Origin: Octopus sinensis
Taxonomy: Eukaryota
Direction: 5' to 3'
Length of the DNA: 64,000 bases
NCBI RefSeq assembly: GCF_006345805.1
Contig: NC_043006.1
Location: 31,062,001 to 31,126,000, forward strand
Of the stretch, positions 26,646 to 40,540 are shown in pieces. Numbering within the stretch: position 1 is the first letter of the stretch; the number at the start of each line of letters is the position of its first letter. Position numbers and translations under genes: made by a program. The notes beneath the pieces were generated by a model. It made no database searches, was not told the DNA's origin, and was given only the letters and a program-made list of their open reading frames with translations.

Positions 26646-27899
26646 CGAAAGGGTGTCCTGTTTAAATATGACGGGGAAAATATACCTCAGCAGTATTAAC
26701 GATGAACACTAACTTATTTGCGAGTGTCTTAGTGAAAGTTCTTTAACTGAGCATTCTGTAGAGTTGTTCTATACTTGGAATTATCCATGATGTCCTTTTT
26801 GCATTCTTCCTCTGCACCTTCTCTCCGATTCATACACTTGGGAAAGTTTCCAGTCCACTATCAGGCTTAGGTAACCAAAGCCTGAAGAGATGGATTCGTT
26901 TTAAGAGGCCATGGGTCCAATCAAACGGTCATCAAATTACAGACACACACACACACACACACACCTGTGCGTGTGTACAAACAGGTATGTAAAATTCTTA
27001 TCACAGCTGTCACGATTGGATTCTTCCTGCAATTCCGATGAGAGTCTTTGTAAAACCATCGGCGTTGATGTTCATTGTCTTTCATTTATCGCTTCTTCCA
27101 AAGAATGAAACCGTTGAAAAAACCACGAAAACAACTCTGCCATTGTGGCTTTTGGTGCCATATGGTTCCGCTTTCACCCGGGTCCAATGAACGCAACGAG
27201 ACCCTCGTGTTTTACCTTGGATAACGTAATCATCATATTCCTCGTCAGAGAAATGGTCTAACACCATTTTCTAGCCAACAAGTTGGTCGCCTTGTCTTTT
27301 GTAGCCACCGTTCTTAATTTGTTAATTAGCTTCCAACTCCATTGCTATCGCTATCTTTTTACTAAATTGTATCGCTTATCCGTATTCTGAAAACTCACCT
27401 TTGATAATTCTTTACAAGTTTTTGGGGGTCGTCCCCTATTAGTTACCATCTCATTAACTCACTAATTCTGAGAATAACGATTTTGTCTCCGGCGTCCCTG
27501 TCAATATGTCTTATCTTAGTTGACCATCAAAATCTCAAACTTTGTGATATGTTTACTACTCGAAACTGAGGACACCTTATGCTACCCATCTCCGCTGGTC
27601 TTACAAAAACTGTATGTATATACAATCCACGTTGGCACCCTCAGGAAATCACACAACTGGGAACTTTCTGAGCGGGTTTGCAAGACTTTTTCTCACTTTG
27701 TTGTTTATCGACTATTCCCAAATAATACCAACATTCGTTTACGTTACTATTTCAATATATATATCAGACGGGCTTCTTACAGTTTCCATCTACCAAATCC
27801 ACTCACAAAGCTTTAGTAGCAGACACTTTACCCAAAGTGCAATAGTCGAACACTTGCACAAGGTGCATGCAGAGAGATTATCTCGAACTGGCAGTGCTT

Positions 27900-28480
27900 C
27901 TCGGTAGCATTGCGAAACCAGGAATTTCTGGAAGTTTTTCATGGCAGCACCAGGCTCGGAAGTCTTCCGAAATACCAGATTGTTCATCCTCATCAACGCT
28001 AAGAGTCATCACCGCTCTTACCCACCATTAGATTTCTATATATTGTTACCATAGAACTTCCATCGACCGGCAGAGTGCAGTGAGTGCCTGACGATATTCC
28101 AGGTGTCTGTCAGCTAATCTTGGTCTTTTCTTGCCCCAGGATTGCAGCTCCGTCGAAGAGATGAATTGACCACGCCGGCTCACCGTCTAGGAAAATCTAA
28201 AAGTGGTGTAGCTCCAGCACATGTCTACGCATTAGCAATCATGGCATGCCAAACCCGCCATCCAGAGGGCGCTGGAAAACAGACGGACCATATCTAACCA
28301 GTAGAACTCGTCCTTTCTACGGTAAGTGGAAAAGTAATTGCTCCAGCCTAGCCAAACGTGGACTAGGGCAAGGTACAAGTGCCAGGCGATAAGTTATTAA
28401 ACAGGTGATGTATAAGCATTCTTCACCTCTGCTCAAGGCTAATTTCTTTTCGGCACCTTTCAAATTTTGGTACACGGTCA
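27900..28480 (-). mobile_element. L1/Tx1-like LINE fragment, post-RT region, degenerate
   Basis: The minus strand reads FQRPLDGGFGMP*LLMRRHVLELHHF*IFLDGEPAWS, resembling the GGLG-P motif of L1/Tx1 ORF2. Confidence 0.45.
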
Positions 28481-28989
28481 GCAGATTTTGAGGTCAACAG
28501 ATTTTACCTCATAGTAAATCTACCTATACGAACAGATTAAACCGTTTCTCCTTCTCTTCTTCACACTATGTCTTATACTTTTCGTGTAAAAAAACATTCT
28601 TCTTTCGGAACGACACACACAAACTGCTTCCTCATTCAATCAAACACGCCATTCTACTCTTCTATATTTGGCCAACACAAGGCTTTATTTTGATTAATTA
28701 ACAAATTAAATTTTCTTGGCTTTCTACCTCAAGTATATTTAGTGCCTATTTTATCATCTATCTGCTGATGGCACGCGTCACTTCAAGTCCTCCGCTATGG
28801 CACACCGCACGCCATACCACTCCAGATGACGAGCACCTTCTCATATCTCCTTGTTATTCTTTTCACTGTGTTGGTACTCACCACTTGGTACTCCTTCATA
28901 ATGGTACTCAACACCTCCAATAACTTAACTATTTAACACAGTAGCGGTAACTTCAATGAATGTCCGCCCTTCCTCTTACATACTTACTT

Positions 28990-29400
28990 ATCAGTTGATA
29001 TATGGGAACCAAGCAGAAGGTTTCTCTTCCTTTCACCATAACACTAAACGATTGCTACTGCTGCTACTGCTACTGCTGCTATGTTTGTTGCTGTTGTTGT
29101 TGACGACGACGACGACGACGACGACGATGATGATGATGATGATGATGATGATAATGACGACGATGATACTGTCATTGTTATTGATGTTGTTGATGGTGAT
29201 GACGTTATTGTTGTTGTGACTTCCATTGCTGAAACTATTCTTACTATTATCGTTGTTGTTGTTGTTGTCGACGTCGTCGTCGTTGTTATTGTTATTGTTG
29301 TTGTTGTTGTTGTTGCTGTTCAATACCAAAATAACTCGATGTCACTTGTAACATTCATATTTATGTTGTTAATGCCGTTGTTGTTGTTGTTGTTGTTGTT
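28990..29400. repeat. Compound trinucleotide microsatellite (CTG/GAC/GAT/GTT)
   Basis: Directly visible. Confidence 0.9.
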
Positions 29401-29820
29401 GCTTTTTTTCTATCTCTGTCGTTGTTCTTGTTGTTTAATCCCAGGTCAGTCCTAATCGAGTGGATATATGCTCAAACACATGCCAACAATGACCGTCCCG
29501 TCCTTTTGACCAGAATCTCGGACTAGATTATCCCGTGTCCATCTCTCTCCCTTTTTTTTTTTAAATCAGAAGAATGCGATTTGAGAGTATTTTCCTCTTC
29601 CTTCTCGAATTTCTGATCAATTATTATTTAAACCTAGCTCTAATACCAGCATATCGACGACCAAAGGCAATCAAGCCGTGACCATCCCATCCATTTTGTT
29701 TTCCAGAAATGTCCCAATATTTCCGTTAACAAATCTCTCCTTTTCCGATAATCTTTTTTTTTTTAAAAGACTGTAAGGCGTATTTTGAGGGATATTTAGC
29801 TGATATTCCATATGTAATCA

Positions 29821-30149
29821 AGCATGGCTCAGTGGTTAGAGAGTCGAGCTTACGATCGTGAGGTTGTGAGCTCGAATCCCAGACCGGGCTGCGTGTTGTG
29901 TTCTTGAGCAAGGCACTTTATTTCACGTTGCTCCAGTTCACTCAGCTGTAGAAATGAGTTGCGACGTCACTGGTGCCAAGCTGTATCGACCTTTGTCTTT
30001 CCCTTGGATAACATCGGTGACGTGGAGAGGGGAGGCTGGTATGCATGGGCGACTGCTGGTCTTCCATAAACAACCTCGCCGGACTTGTGTCTAGGAGGGT
30101 AACTTTCTAGGTGCAATCCCATGGTCTGTGTCGTGACCGAAGGGGCTCT
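29821..30149 (+). mobile_element. Near full-length tRNA-derived SINE (CORE-like); related copies at about 48455-48600 and 61205-61490
   Basis: A box TGGCTCAGTGG, B-box-like GCTCGAATCCC, then GTGTTCTTGAGCAAGGCACTTTATTTCACGTTGCTCCAG. Confidence 0.8.
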
Positions 30150-31366
30150 CCGAATCAAGCAATCACACAGAAGCCCCACCCTTGTGATCTTGTAACGTCT
30201 ATCATCAATGCGGCATTTAGACTTGATGAGTGTCTAAACTACAGAAAACTTGGTGGTTCGTTGTGAAGCCTTGAGCTGGAGCTGGTTTAGCTTGTGTCTA
30301 AATCGAGCAGAGAAACCACAAGTTTTAGGACGCATATAATGCGAAATGATTTGATTAGAGACAAGAAAGCAAGGCTTAGTCGCGGCCCTGTTGTATTTTC
30401 TGTGAGTATGAGGGGCCGAGAGATCTTCTCACATAACGATCAATGTTTGAGATAATTGAAAATAGTTTCGAAACTTATTTGAAGTGTTTGGCGATAATTG
30501 CTTCAATGCAATACAACACCAGGAATATGAGCTAAAGTAGTGACTCGGCCTGCTAGAGATAGCAGTCAAATCTCGGCCAAATCACATACGACTATTTTAG
30601 GGAGGAAAAATACACACTGGATAATATTGTCTGGAGTACACAATATCTTTAAAAAATGGGTTGGTCATGGCTGGAATGCCTTTGATTATAGGTTTGTTAG
30701 ATCAGGATTGATCAGTGTAATTCTCAAACTTCAAAGTCGACCCCGGCGGAATTTGAACTCAGAACGTAAAAACTGAAAAATAAAATGCTTAGCGAAAACG
30801 ATTCTGCCTGCTCGCCGCTTTAACTCTTGGAATATATTAACAAAAAAATATCTTGCAAATCAACCCAACAAATCAAATTGCCAACGCATTTAACATATTT
30901 AATTATTAACGAATAATCAATAAACAAACTTTTAGATTGATTCAAATATGTTTGGGTCATATTTGAACTGTTAAGAAGGATTTTAATTGTGGTTTGCCAC
31001 AGAGAAAAATTCTCGCATTAGGCGAAATGTGTTAAAAACGCCAAAGTCAGTTTAGAACGGCCCCTATGAACTAGTAGATGCATTTCGAGTTTTAAGCTGT
31101 TTTCTGTATTAGATACTAAAGCGGGTTACCTCCGAACTAACTGGAAGACTGATGGCGTACGCCAGCTGCAAGAAATGCATCTACCAGCCCATAGGGGGCG
31201 CTTTGAACTGACCTTGGTGTTTTTAACACCTTTCGCTTAATTCGAGGCATTTCCTCCATGGAAAACTCAATGAAAATGCCTCTTAACGGGTCAAAGATGT
31301 TCCAAACGTATTTACACTGGTATAAAGTTTGCTTATTTTGCACCACTGCTTCGAGCGCCACCTGTA

Positions 31367-31757
31367 CATACTCTTACTCTTTACTCTTTTACTTGTTTCA
31401 GTCATTTGACTGTGGCCATGCTGGAGCACCACCTTTTTAGTCGAGCAAATCGACCCCCAGGACTTATTCTTTGTAAGCCTAGTACTTATTCTATCGGTCT
31501 CTTTTGCCGAACCGCTAAGTTACGGGGACGTAAACACACCAGCATCGGTTGTCAAGCGATGTTGGGGGGACAAACACAGACACACAAACATACACACATA
31601 TATATGACAGGCTTCTTTCAGTTTCCGTCTACCAAATCCACTCACAAGGCTTTGGTCGGCCCGAGACTATAGTAGAAGAGGTGTCACGCAGTGAGACTGA
31701 ACCCGGAACCATGTGGTTCGTAAGCAAGCTACTTACCACACAGCCACTCCTACGCCT
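31367..31757 (-). mobile_element. Full-length tRNA/CORE-like SINE
   Basis: Highly similar over about 390 bp to 55040-55453. Older copies lie at about 46960-47395 and 19890-20140. Confidence 0.85.
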
Positions 31758-32092
31758 ACATATAATTAATAGATATTTAACAAATGTGTAACAAGCAAAA
31801 AATGCCAATTCTAAAATCTCCTTAAGAGATCAACGCCGTAGTTGTAGTGAGAGCCATGTTAAAACTGACAGCCATGTTAAAGTGGCTGTAAATATTACTT
31901 AGCAAATGTGTATTAAATCATATTCAAGCAAAAAAGGCCAAACAAAAACCAAACTGATATGGAACGCCTGTTACAATATAACAGATGTTTAAGAAATATC
32001 CAACAGACATTTAACCGATAATATTTATTCAACAAAATTAGAAATATTGAATTTCTAAATGTCTCAGAGAGACATGAGCGGTGGTGGAGCGA

Positions 32093-32401
32093 TAGAGTGG
32101 TTGTGTACTGTCAACTCAACGTGATAGTCCCGTAAGGGAATTACACCACCGCCATTTAGCCCTAGGAAGCATCGACGTTTCCTGTCGGCTTTGACACATT
32201 TTCTGTGTCCTTATATTTGCAAAGGGGAGGCAATCACCCCCGCCACCTGGGACAGGGTGATTGCCTCCCCTTTGCAAATATAAGGACACAGAAAATGTGT
32301 CAAAGCCGACAGGAAACGTCGATGTTTCATAGGGCTAAATGGCGGTGGTGTAATTCCCTTACGGGACTGTCACGTTGAGTTGACAGTATACAACCACTAT
32401 A
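32093..32401. repeat. Foldback: about 147-bp inverted arms with 15-bp spacer (MITE-like)
   Basis: Arms 32093-32239 and 32255-32401 differ at about 5 positions, and both ends are TA. Confidence 0.85.
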
Positions 32402-33089
32402 TTTATTCAACAGCAAATTAAATATTGAATTCAAATATATTTCATAAATCAGAGAGCATATCAAATACTGAATAGGTATTTAACAAGAGATATTCGATGA
32501 ATTATCATATCTCCAATGAAGGCGGTGAGCTGGCAGAATCGTTTGCACCCCTGCCAAAACGCTTCGTCCACGTTCAGAGTTTAAATTCCTCCGACGTCGA
32601 CTTTGCCTTTCATTCTTTAGAGACCGCTAAAATAAGTATCAGTTGAGAGCTCTCCTCGAAATTTCAAGCCTTGTACCTAGACTAGAAAGAACGATCAGAT
32701 CTCCATTGAATAAATGATTTTGTAAAGAGCCTCCAATTTAGAGAATTACGACCATCCCAATATTTCACTGATATTCATTTTATCGAAGTCATATTGATGA
32801 AATACAAAGTCGAACTTGGCGGGAATTTCAATTCAGAACATAAAGTACGAAACTAAATCCATCGCACAGTATGAAAACATATTCAATATTTAAAAGATGT
32901 TTAACAAACAGAGCACAAATGAGACAACAAATCAGTTATTCAATAATATTCCTCACATATTGGATAGATATTTGACAATATTCAATAATTTTGAATACGT
33001 ATTGAACAGATAAGATGGCAAGTTTGAGATTGAACAACATTCAGCATAAGACAAATATTGGTTTCAAATTTTAATACAAAGCAAGCAAT

Positions 33090-33410
33090 TTTGGGGTAAA
33101 AGATGAAAGGTAAAGTCAACCTGGGCGGCGTTTGAACTCCGAACGTAAAGACGGACGAAATGTGCCGCTAAGCACTGTGCTCGGCGTTCTAATAATTCTT
33201 TTCTACTCAAGGCACACGGCCCAAAAGTGGAGGCAGTCGATTAGATCTACGACAGTACGCAACTGGTACTTAATTTATCGACCCCGAAAGGATGAAAAGC
33301 AAAATCAACCTCGGTGGAATTTGAACTCAGAATGTACAGACGGACGAAATACCGCTAAGCATTTCGCCCGGCGTGCTAACATTTCTGCCAGCTCGTCGCC
33401 TTACAGGGAA
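33090..33410 (-). mobile_element. Meta-like SINE fragments, two adjacent; further copies at about 17050-17250 (+), 32520-32690 (+), 52675-52890 (-) and 59365-59575 (-)
   Basis: Shared GATGAAAGGCAAAGTCGACCTCGGCGGAATTTGAACTCAGAACG core. Confidence 0.75.
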
Positions 33411-33554
33411 CAACAATTAAACAACATTCAGCAGATGAAAAGATATTGAACATATTACAAGGGAGAGCCAACAAGTATAAAACCAATATGGAGGATATCA
33501 GATATTCAGGAACAATGTGTTCTGAGAAATTAAGCGAGAGAGAGAGAAAGAGAA

Positions 33555-33631
<77 letters not shown>

Positions 33632-34136
33632 CAGCTCTGGGTAAGTGATGATAAAATAGCCTTTTGCTGCGGCTTTTCTCTTTCTAATCCACATAAAAAT
33701 TTATGCAAATCCCTGGAGAAAATTGGAGTCCGACAGACAAGAGATCAATATTCGGTTAGATAAGCAATAAGTTGATCAATCAATTGGTAAGTCATGTGAT
33801 AAATCGATCGTTTGTAAGACGTGTAGTATATCAGTCATGAGTAAGGCATTTCGTAAATCAGTCGTTTGTAAAATGTCATAATTCAATGAAAATCACTCAT
33901 TAGTCCGATAACCACCCTACCCCCAAATCACTCATTAGAAAAACATGTAGCAAACAATTACTTATTAAAGCATGTAGGAAACCAGTGATTAGAATGGAAA
34001 CGTAATTATCGGCAGAGATTTAATTGAATTTTCAATAGTGAAGATTTCAAAGTACGATATGTCTTCTAAGCGGGACACTTATTGATAACACGAGAAAGAT
34101 TAACGACAGGATATCACTACGTAGACAATACTCGCC

Positions 34137-34181
<45 letters not shown>

Positions 34182-35113
34182 CACACACACACACCACACA
34201 CACACACACACACATTAAATGTTATTGCTGGATTTTAATCTGAAGTTGCAAATAGTTGCGGAGAAGCTGTCAGTGATTACATTTGCAGACCACCGACACA
34301 AACTACAACGTGAAAAAGAGGTAGAGACGCGCATGACCAGAGTAGACATTCTGTTGAAATGTTCGACCAATAAAAACTAAATTGAAGTATGATCACGTGG
34401 CAAAATGTTATGCATGTATGCATGTCTCTCTCTCTCTTTCTCTCTCGTTCTCTCTCTATATAGTTATGTTATATTCTACGGAGAACTACGTTACCTAGAA
34501 ACAGCTGTAGTGATTGCAAATAAATGTCCAACCGTACTCCTTCTTATTGACTCCAACTTTTTCAATACGCACACACACACACACACATACACGCACACAC
34601 ACACACACACACATGCACACACACACACACACACACACGCACATGTGTGTGTATCAGACAAAAAAAAATGAAGACGTTGTCACACAACTTTATTCGGTTT
34701 TACGCTCGATTCGAATGGCTAGACGAACCATATCATCGCTATACATCATTCTTTGTGCATAACGAATGAATGAATTAATTGATGAAATAATCAGTCCTCA
34801 ACCAATAGAACATACAGACCAGTATATCAATATAAAATGCTTCCTGGAATCATTCGAAATGCTCGAACCTTGAAAAAGCTATGTAAGAAGGTCGTCTTCA
34901 TTTATTTTTGTCTGATTGCTATTATACTTTGCGGCGGCGAATGCATCGGTCACTTGAATGGAGTTTCTCCTCACGTTTACTTCCTCTGGATTTTAATCTT
35001 GACGGATTCCCAACTTCCTCATTTGGCTCTTTGTTAGTCAGGTTTCGCATGGAATGTTAAATATAGCATTCGCCGAGATTTTTCAAACCTTACTTACTAT
35101 CAGTATGTATGCA

Positions 35114-35160
<47 letters not shown>

Positions 35161-35198
35161 ATGTATGTATGTATGTATGTATGTATGTATGTGTGTGT

Positions 35199-35236
<38 letters not shown>

Positions 35237-35384
35237 TGTGTACCAAAAATCACTTATTTATTTCTTAGCTAATCGGAGTTTCACGCTGGGAGTGAATAAT
35301 AAAAACAAAATAATAGTCAGAATTGTTACTAGTTCCTGGCCCTCATTGGTTAATAGGTGTCAGCTGATAGGAATTAGTGACCTA

Positions 35385-35605
35385 TGTTGGCGAGCTGGCA
35401 GAAACGTTAGCGCGCCGGGCGAAATGCTAAGCGATATTTCGTCTGTCGTTACGTTGTGAGTTCAAATTCCGCCGAGGTCGACTTTGCCTTTCATCCTTTC
35501 GGGGTCGATAAATAAAGTACCAGTTTCGCACTGGGGTCTATGTAATCGACTTAGTCCCAAGTTTGTCCCCTCTATGTTTAGCCCCTTGTGGGCAGTAAAG
35601 AAATA
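35385..35605 (+). mobile_element. Young Meta-like SINE
   Basis: GGCGAGCTGGCAGAAACGTTAGCGCGCCGGGCGAAATG head through to a CCCCTTGTGGGCAGTAAAGAAATA tail shared with the 47405-47990 array. Confidence 0.8.
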
Positions 35606-36174
35606 TATGTTGGTGAAAGTTCAAGTTAAGGGGGAATGTTGATATTTGTTATGTGTATCTGACACTAAAGATGACAGTATCTCCAGAAGCTATATTAGAT
35701 TCAGAAAGCACACGCTTAAGAACAGATTTGACCAACACAATTCTTTCATATCTATAGATTGAATCAACATACATGATTGTCAAGTTACTCTGGTAACCGA
35801 ACGAAAATTTGCTTATAGTTTGGGGGCATAGCAGACACTGTACACCTGTATCTTTTGGCAAGAAATGTTGTACTTTATGTCTATCGGAGAAATTTCATAT
35901 ATCTTAACGCAAGCACTCAGTCACTAAACAGAAGGGGTGAAATTTTCAGCCATTACAGAGGGCAACATTTTACTGAGTTCCCACGAAATGACTTCCTCTT
36001 GACTGCTAGAAAATTTTAACAATTCAGTACATATTAACAATCTTCCCATGATTTCCAATTCTACCAATAAAAGCCACTGAAGATCATCACCTGACTAATG
36101 TTAACTAATGAGAGCCAAGAATTAGTTACACTTTTATGTACCCGCTTTATACTCGTTCCTTTTATAGAAATCGT

Positions 36175-36775
36175 CGTCGTCGGCGGCGTTTTATCATGTG
36201 TCTGATAATTTACTTGGCTTCTTCGTGACCGCCTCTTCCCAACTGTCCCTGTTTATGCCTCTGATGATTAATGAGGCAGATTCTTGTATAGAAGAGTCTA
36301 TTTCAAAATTCACAAGGGATCCGTGGTGGTGGCTTTGGTTGTTGCAGCCTCCATTTTCTTTCTTGTCGTTTCTCTTCTTTCCTCTGTCGTTCAGTTTCAA
36401 AATGATCTGCCACAGTGGAGATGGAATGATGTCAGCCGGGCCTGACCTGAGCTTCAATGTCGCAGGCTTTGGGATCGATTCCAGTCAGTTTTAGGCTTTG
36501 CTTCAGCAGGTCCTAGTATCAACGGAGGGGACAACCACGGAGTCTTCTTCGGGTGGAAAGTTCACCATATAAAATTTGACGAGGCAGCCAAGTCTCTTCC
36601 ATTCTTGCTATGTGCCCCTCCCCCATCTCAGACGATGTTTCAGGATGGTGGCCTCAATGCTGCTGCTTTTCGATATATCTAAAACGGAGGCATCGGTCAC
36701 AAAGTCATTCCGTTCATAACAGAGCGGAACTTCTGTTGGTGAAAACGCTCTAGTTTTTTGACGTCCATCTATCAC
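36175..36775 (-). mobile_element. RTE (BovB-like) LINE 3' end
   Basis: The minus strand reads KKLERFHQQKFRS...SSIEATILKHRLRWG.HIARMEETWLPRQILYGELS, followed by a (GAC)n tail. Confidence 0.85.
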
Positions 36776-36795
36776 ATGTACGGCATATTCTTAAA

Positions 36796-36842
<47 letters not shown>

Positions 36843-37049
36843 CACACACACACACATGTGTGTATATTATATATATATATATATAGATGTATGTGTGTGT
36901 GTATGTGTATATGTGTATGTGTATGTTTATGTGTGTGTTGTGTGTGTGTGTGTGTGTGTGCGTGTTGTCGATTTGACAAGGATAGGGACATCGGCTCCCC
37001 TTCATTCCAAAAGGTTTGTATCATTCTGTTTCTTAATATGTTTTACAAA

Positions 37050-37250
37050 TAATAATTTCTTTTAACACAAGAAAACCTTTCTTCATACACACTTGGCTGT
37101 GTGCATCGACAGTTCAGCCAACATACAAACCCAACCACATCTTTACAAACGCCGGGAACTCTCTTGACTCAAAAAGTCTTGTCGCTTTGTTAGCGACCGG
37201 CTTGAACTCCCTTAAAAAGAACTTAAATAAAACTCAACGAGAAAATATAC
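37050..37250 (+). mobile_element. 3' UTR of the R4/Dong-like family of 12698-13056, followed by (TACA)n
   Basis: GAACTCTCTT...TTTGTTAGCGAC.G.CTTGAAC.CC...AAGAACTTAAATAAAACTCAA is shared with the reverse complement of about 12700-12830. Confidence 0.65.
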
Positions 37251-37589
37251 ATACACATACACATAAACACATACATACATACATACATACATACATACAT
37301 ACATACATACATACATACATACATACATAGACACACACATTGTGATCGACAATAACTTACAAAAATGGAGTACTGTAAATATATTTATTTTATTTCAACT
37401 TAAGTCTTTAATCACTGTTAGGAAGGAACTCCGAATATAATGCCAGTAACGAGGAACAAGGAAAGATTGAACATGGGAGAAAAGCCAGAGGTCACCTGTA
37501 AGTGTTCGTTTATATTTGCGATAAGTGGCAGTAATACTACTCTCTCAAACAGCGCCCTGCCGTCTTTAAGAAAAATGAAGATTCATTGG

Positions 37590-37673
<84 letters not shown>

Positions 37674-38050
37674 CTGATCTGGAGTTAAACAGAATCAACA
37701 TCAGCAGCATAAACATCATCATCAACAATTCGATTGAAACCGATACCGTTTCACCAGATTAGAGATGATTGATTACATCGACGAAAAAGTGACATTTATT
37801 GATTCTTTTAAAATTTCTTTTTTTTTTCGTCTTTTTTTAAACCCCATTTATTTATTTTTACTTGATGGGCCCCGCTTTCACTTCTTACGTATCTGACTTT
37901 TGTTTCGTTCGGTCTACACTCATACATACATACATACATACATACATACATACATACATACATACATACATACATACATACATACATTCATTCATTCATT
38001 CATACATACATAATACATACATACAAACATACATACATACATATATATAT

Positions 38051-38104
<54 letters not shown>

Positions 38105-38599
38105 TCAGGACCGACAAAAGTCTATAGGTTTCTGTCGTATCGTTCTTACTTCGGAGACGTGGAATAACGCTTAGTGAGGAAGAAGGGACATTTGTAAGTA
38201 TAGGGGGCATTTGTAGATAGGGGGGGAACTATATCGCTCTCTTTTATTATTGCTACCATATTCGATTACTTAACCTGACCGCCATCTGTCTCCCATCTGT
38301 CCGCCATCTCTTGTGTATATTATTGAAGTTTGGTCATCAATACACTTGAAATGATTTTGTAATATCAGTCATGTTTTCGGAACACTGGATTGAGTATCTT
38401 GTAATGTTTTGTTACGTTTCTTTATGTTCTGAGTTCAAATCCTGCCGGTGTCGACCTTACATTTAATCCTTCCGAGAAGAGCGGGGTGGATAGAATATGT
38501 TTAACTCACATACTGGAGTCTATGTAATCTACAATACTTTCCTTCTCACCCTCTTGTTTGTATCTGTTCCATGACCATCACCCTATTTCTCAATTCATA

Positions 38600-40095
38600 G
38601 TATTATTGTACACTTCGTAAATGCCATATTGAGGATTTTCAGGCAGTTTACAATGTTGTAATACTCCTTTCAAAACTCATGAAGGGTTAGATTTGTATTT
38701 TCGGTGACTTCAAAGCACCGACGAAACAGGTGTTTGGTGTACAATTTCTTAAAATTAGAAATCATCAGTTGATCCATGGGCTGCAAGATAGGAGTAGTGC
38801 TGCGTGAAAGGCTCAGAAGTTTTATAAATTTAAATTCGTCCTGGCTATCATCTTCGAGGTTAAGCAGGGAGCATAGTTGAAGATGAGGAAAGCCTTGAGA
38901 GGAAATTGTTCTTCATGAGATAATTTTTCATTGCTGGTCAGAAGACAAAGTTGACCTACTCGGAGAAGAATTACCTGCTGACCCTCCATATGATCTGCAG
39001 CTTCTCCTTCAGGATTTTGTGCGACTTGAACGCTCGTGGGTTTTCGGAATGGTAGACAAGAAGCAGCTTAATTTTCAAGTTTCCACTCGCATTGGCACTA
39101 AGAGTTAGCCTGTCTTTCATAAGCTTGTGGCCTGGAATTTTCTTTTCCTCTGTAGTTATGTAGGTTTATCTGGGCATTTTGTTTTTCAAAAAAAGCCAGG
39201 TTCATCACAGTTGAATACCTGTTGTGCGATGTGCCTCTCGGCTGCGATAAGCTGACGGAATTCACGCACAAAATCTTCAGCTGCCTTCGTGTCAGAAGTC
39301 GCTGCTTCTCCATACTTGACGGCACTATGAACACCAGTCCTCTTCTTGAAATTATCAAACCAGCCGCAACTGGCCTGAAATGCGTCTGCTGATGTCTGCT
39401 CCATCGATGTTCCAGGGTTCTGCTTCAAGAGATCTTCATTCAGCGCTCGTGCTTTCTCGCAGATGATGGTCTTCGTAATCGTATCCCCTGCGAATTACTT
39501 CTCATTGATTCTCAGAAGCAGTTTTTCCATCCTTTTGTGGACAGATGTGCGTTGTTTAGACAACCTGGAGACACCCTTTGCTGTTGTAACAGCCTTGATC
39601 TCTTCCTTTTGCTTCAGGACGGTGCACATCATCGACGTGCTTCGGTCGTATTGACCTGCTATGTCCACTACACGCACACCTCTCTCATGTTTATCAATGA
39701 TTTCTTTCTTCAATTTTATCCTAATCAGCTTTTTCTTCTTCTCAACACTATCCTTTGCACCAACATTCTTAGGACCCATGGCTAACAACTAATTACTATA
39801 CAATAATAGCGAAAAACGTACAAATCTGAATAAAACACTGGGAAAAACACAACAGGGATGCTCTGGGAAAAACATAACAGGGATGCTACCACAACGAGAT
39901 AAACACGTGGACTGAGCGAGCGAAGACAGCACTTGTTGGGAAAGCGTGTGCGAGCTCAGCGCCGACTAGCGGTCGCTTGTATGAAACTCGCTCGTACTGC
40001 GGATTTCCGCTCGTATTTCAAGACAAAAATTCACACGAGTCACGTCTCGTACAGCAAATTACTCGTACAATGGTGTATTCGTACTGCGAGGTTCT
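38600..40095 (-). mobile_element. Tigger/pogo (CENP-B-like) DNA transposon, degenerate
   Basis: ORFs 39495-39788 (MGPKNVG...KKEIIDKHERGVRVVDIA HTH) and 39186-39428 (FQASCGWFDNFKKR...VFNCDEPG), downstream LQPMDQ motif, and a TIR-like CGAGGTTC near 40090. Confidence 0.9.
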
Positions 40096-40344
40096 AGCCG
40101 ATTGGAGCCGATCCTTCCTCTATTGTTAGACGTATAGATAACTGGGCTACTTGAGTCAATTACTTCTTTCCCCTACTATAAATTCTAATAACCCCTAAAT
40201 TTCCTTTGTTCTGACAGTATACACTATTTTGATAAATTCATTCTGTCAACTGAATAGTAGCAGAATCAATGTAAATATTTTTGCTCCCTGAATTCGTAAC
40301 TATGTTAAATCAATAAAATTGTCTTCTGTGTAGAGAAGTTCATG

Positions 40345-40408
40345 AATTCATCTGACGAAGACGTTTTTTTGCAATTAAAGGTGTCGTTGGAAACGGCTGT
40401 AATGGATT
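40345..40408 (+). ncRNA. Type I hammerhead-like motif, slightly degenerate
   Basis: AATTCAT-CTGACGA-AGACG...CGTTG-GAAAC-GGCT-GTA-ATGGATT. Helix I is 7 bp; the helix II closing pair is mismatched. Confidence 0.55.
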
Positions 40409-40540
40409 AACACCTATACTTCTTTGTTACTCGTTCACCTGTCCTGTAATCTGTGCTTTGTAAATATTACAGACAGTATGGTATAATTATAAACAGGGCA
40501 ACTTTTAGCCATTTCTCCACAGGCTGAAAAGAATGACAAA

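Noticed and set aside
26880-27125. Hammerhead-like fragments (CTGAAGA at about 26882; CCGATGA...GAAAC at about 27035-27112)
   Set aside because: The cores are incomplete and there is no helix I partner or valid NUH site, so they are too degenerate to call.
29821-29895. tRNA genes at SINE heads
   Set aside because: A/B boxes are present but no full cloverleaf, and the sequences continue into SINE bodies.
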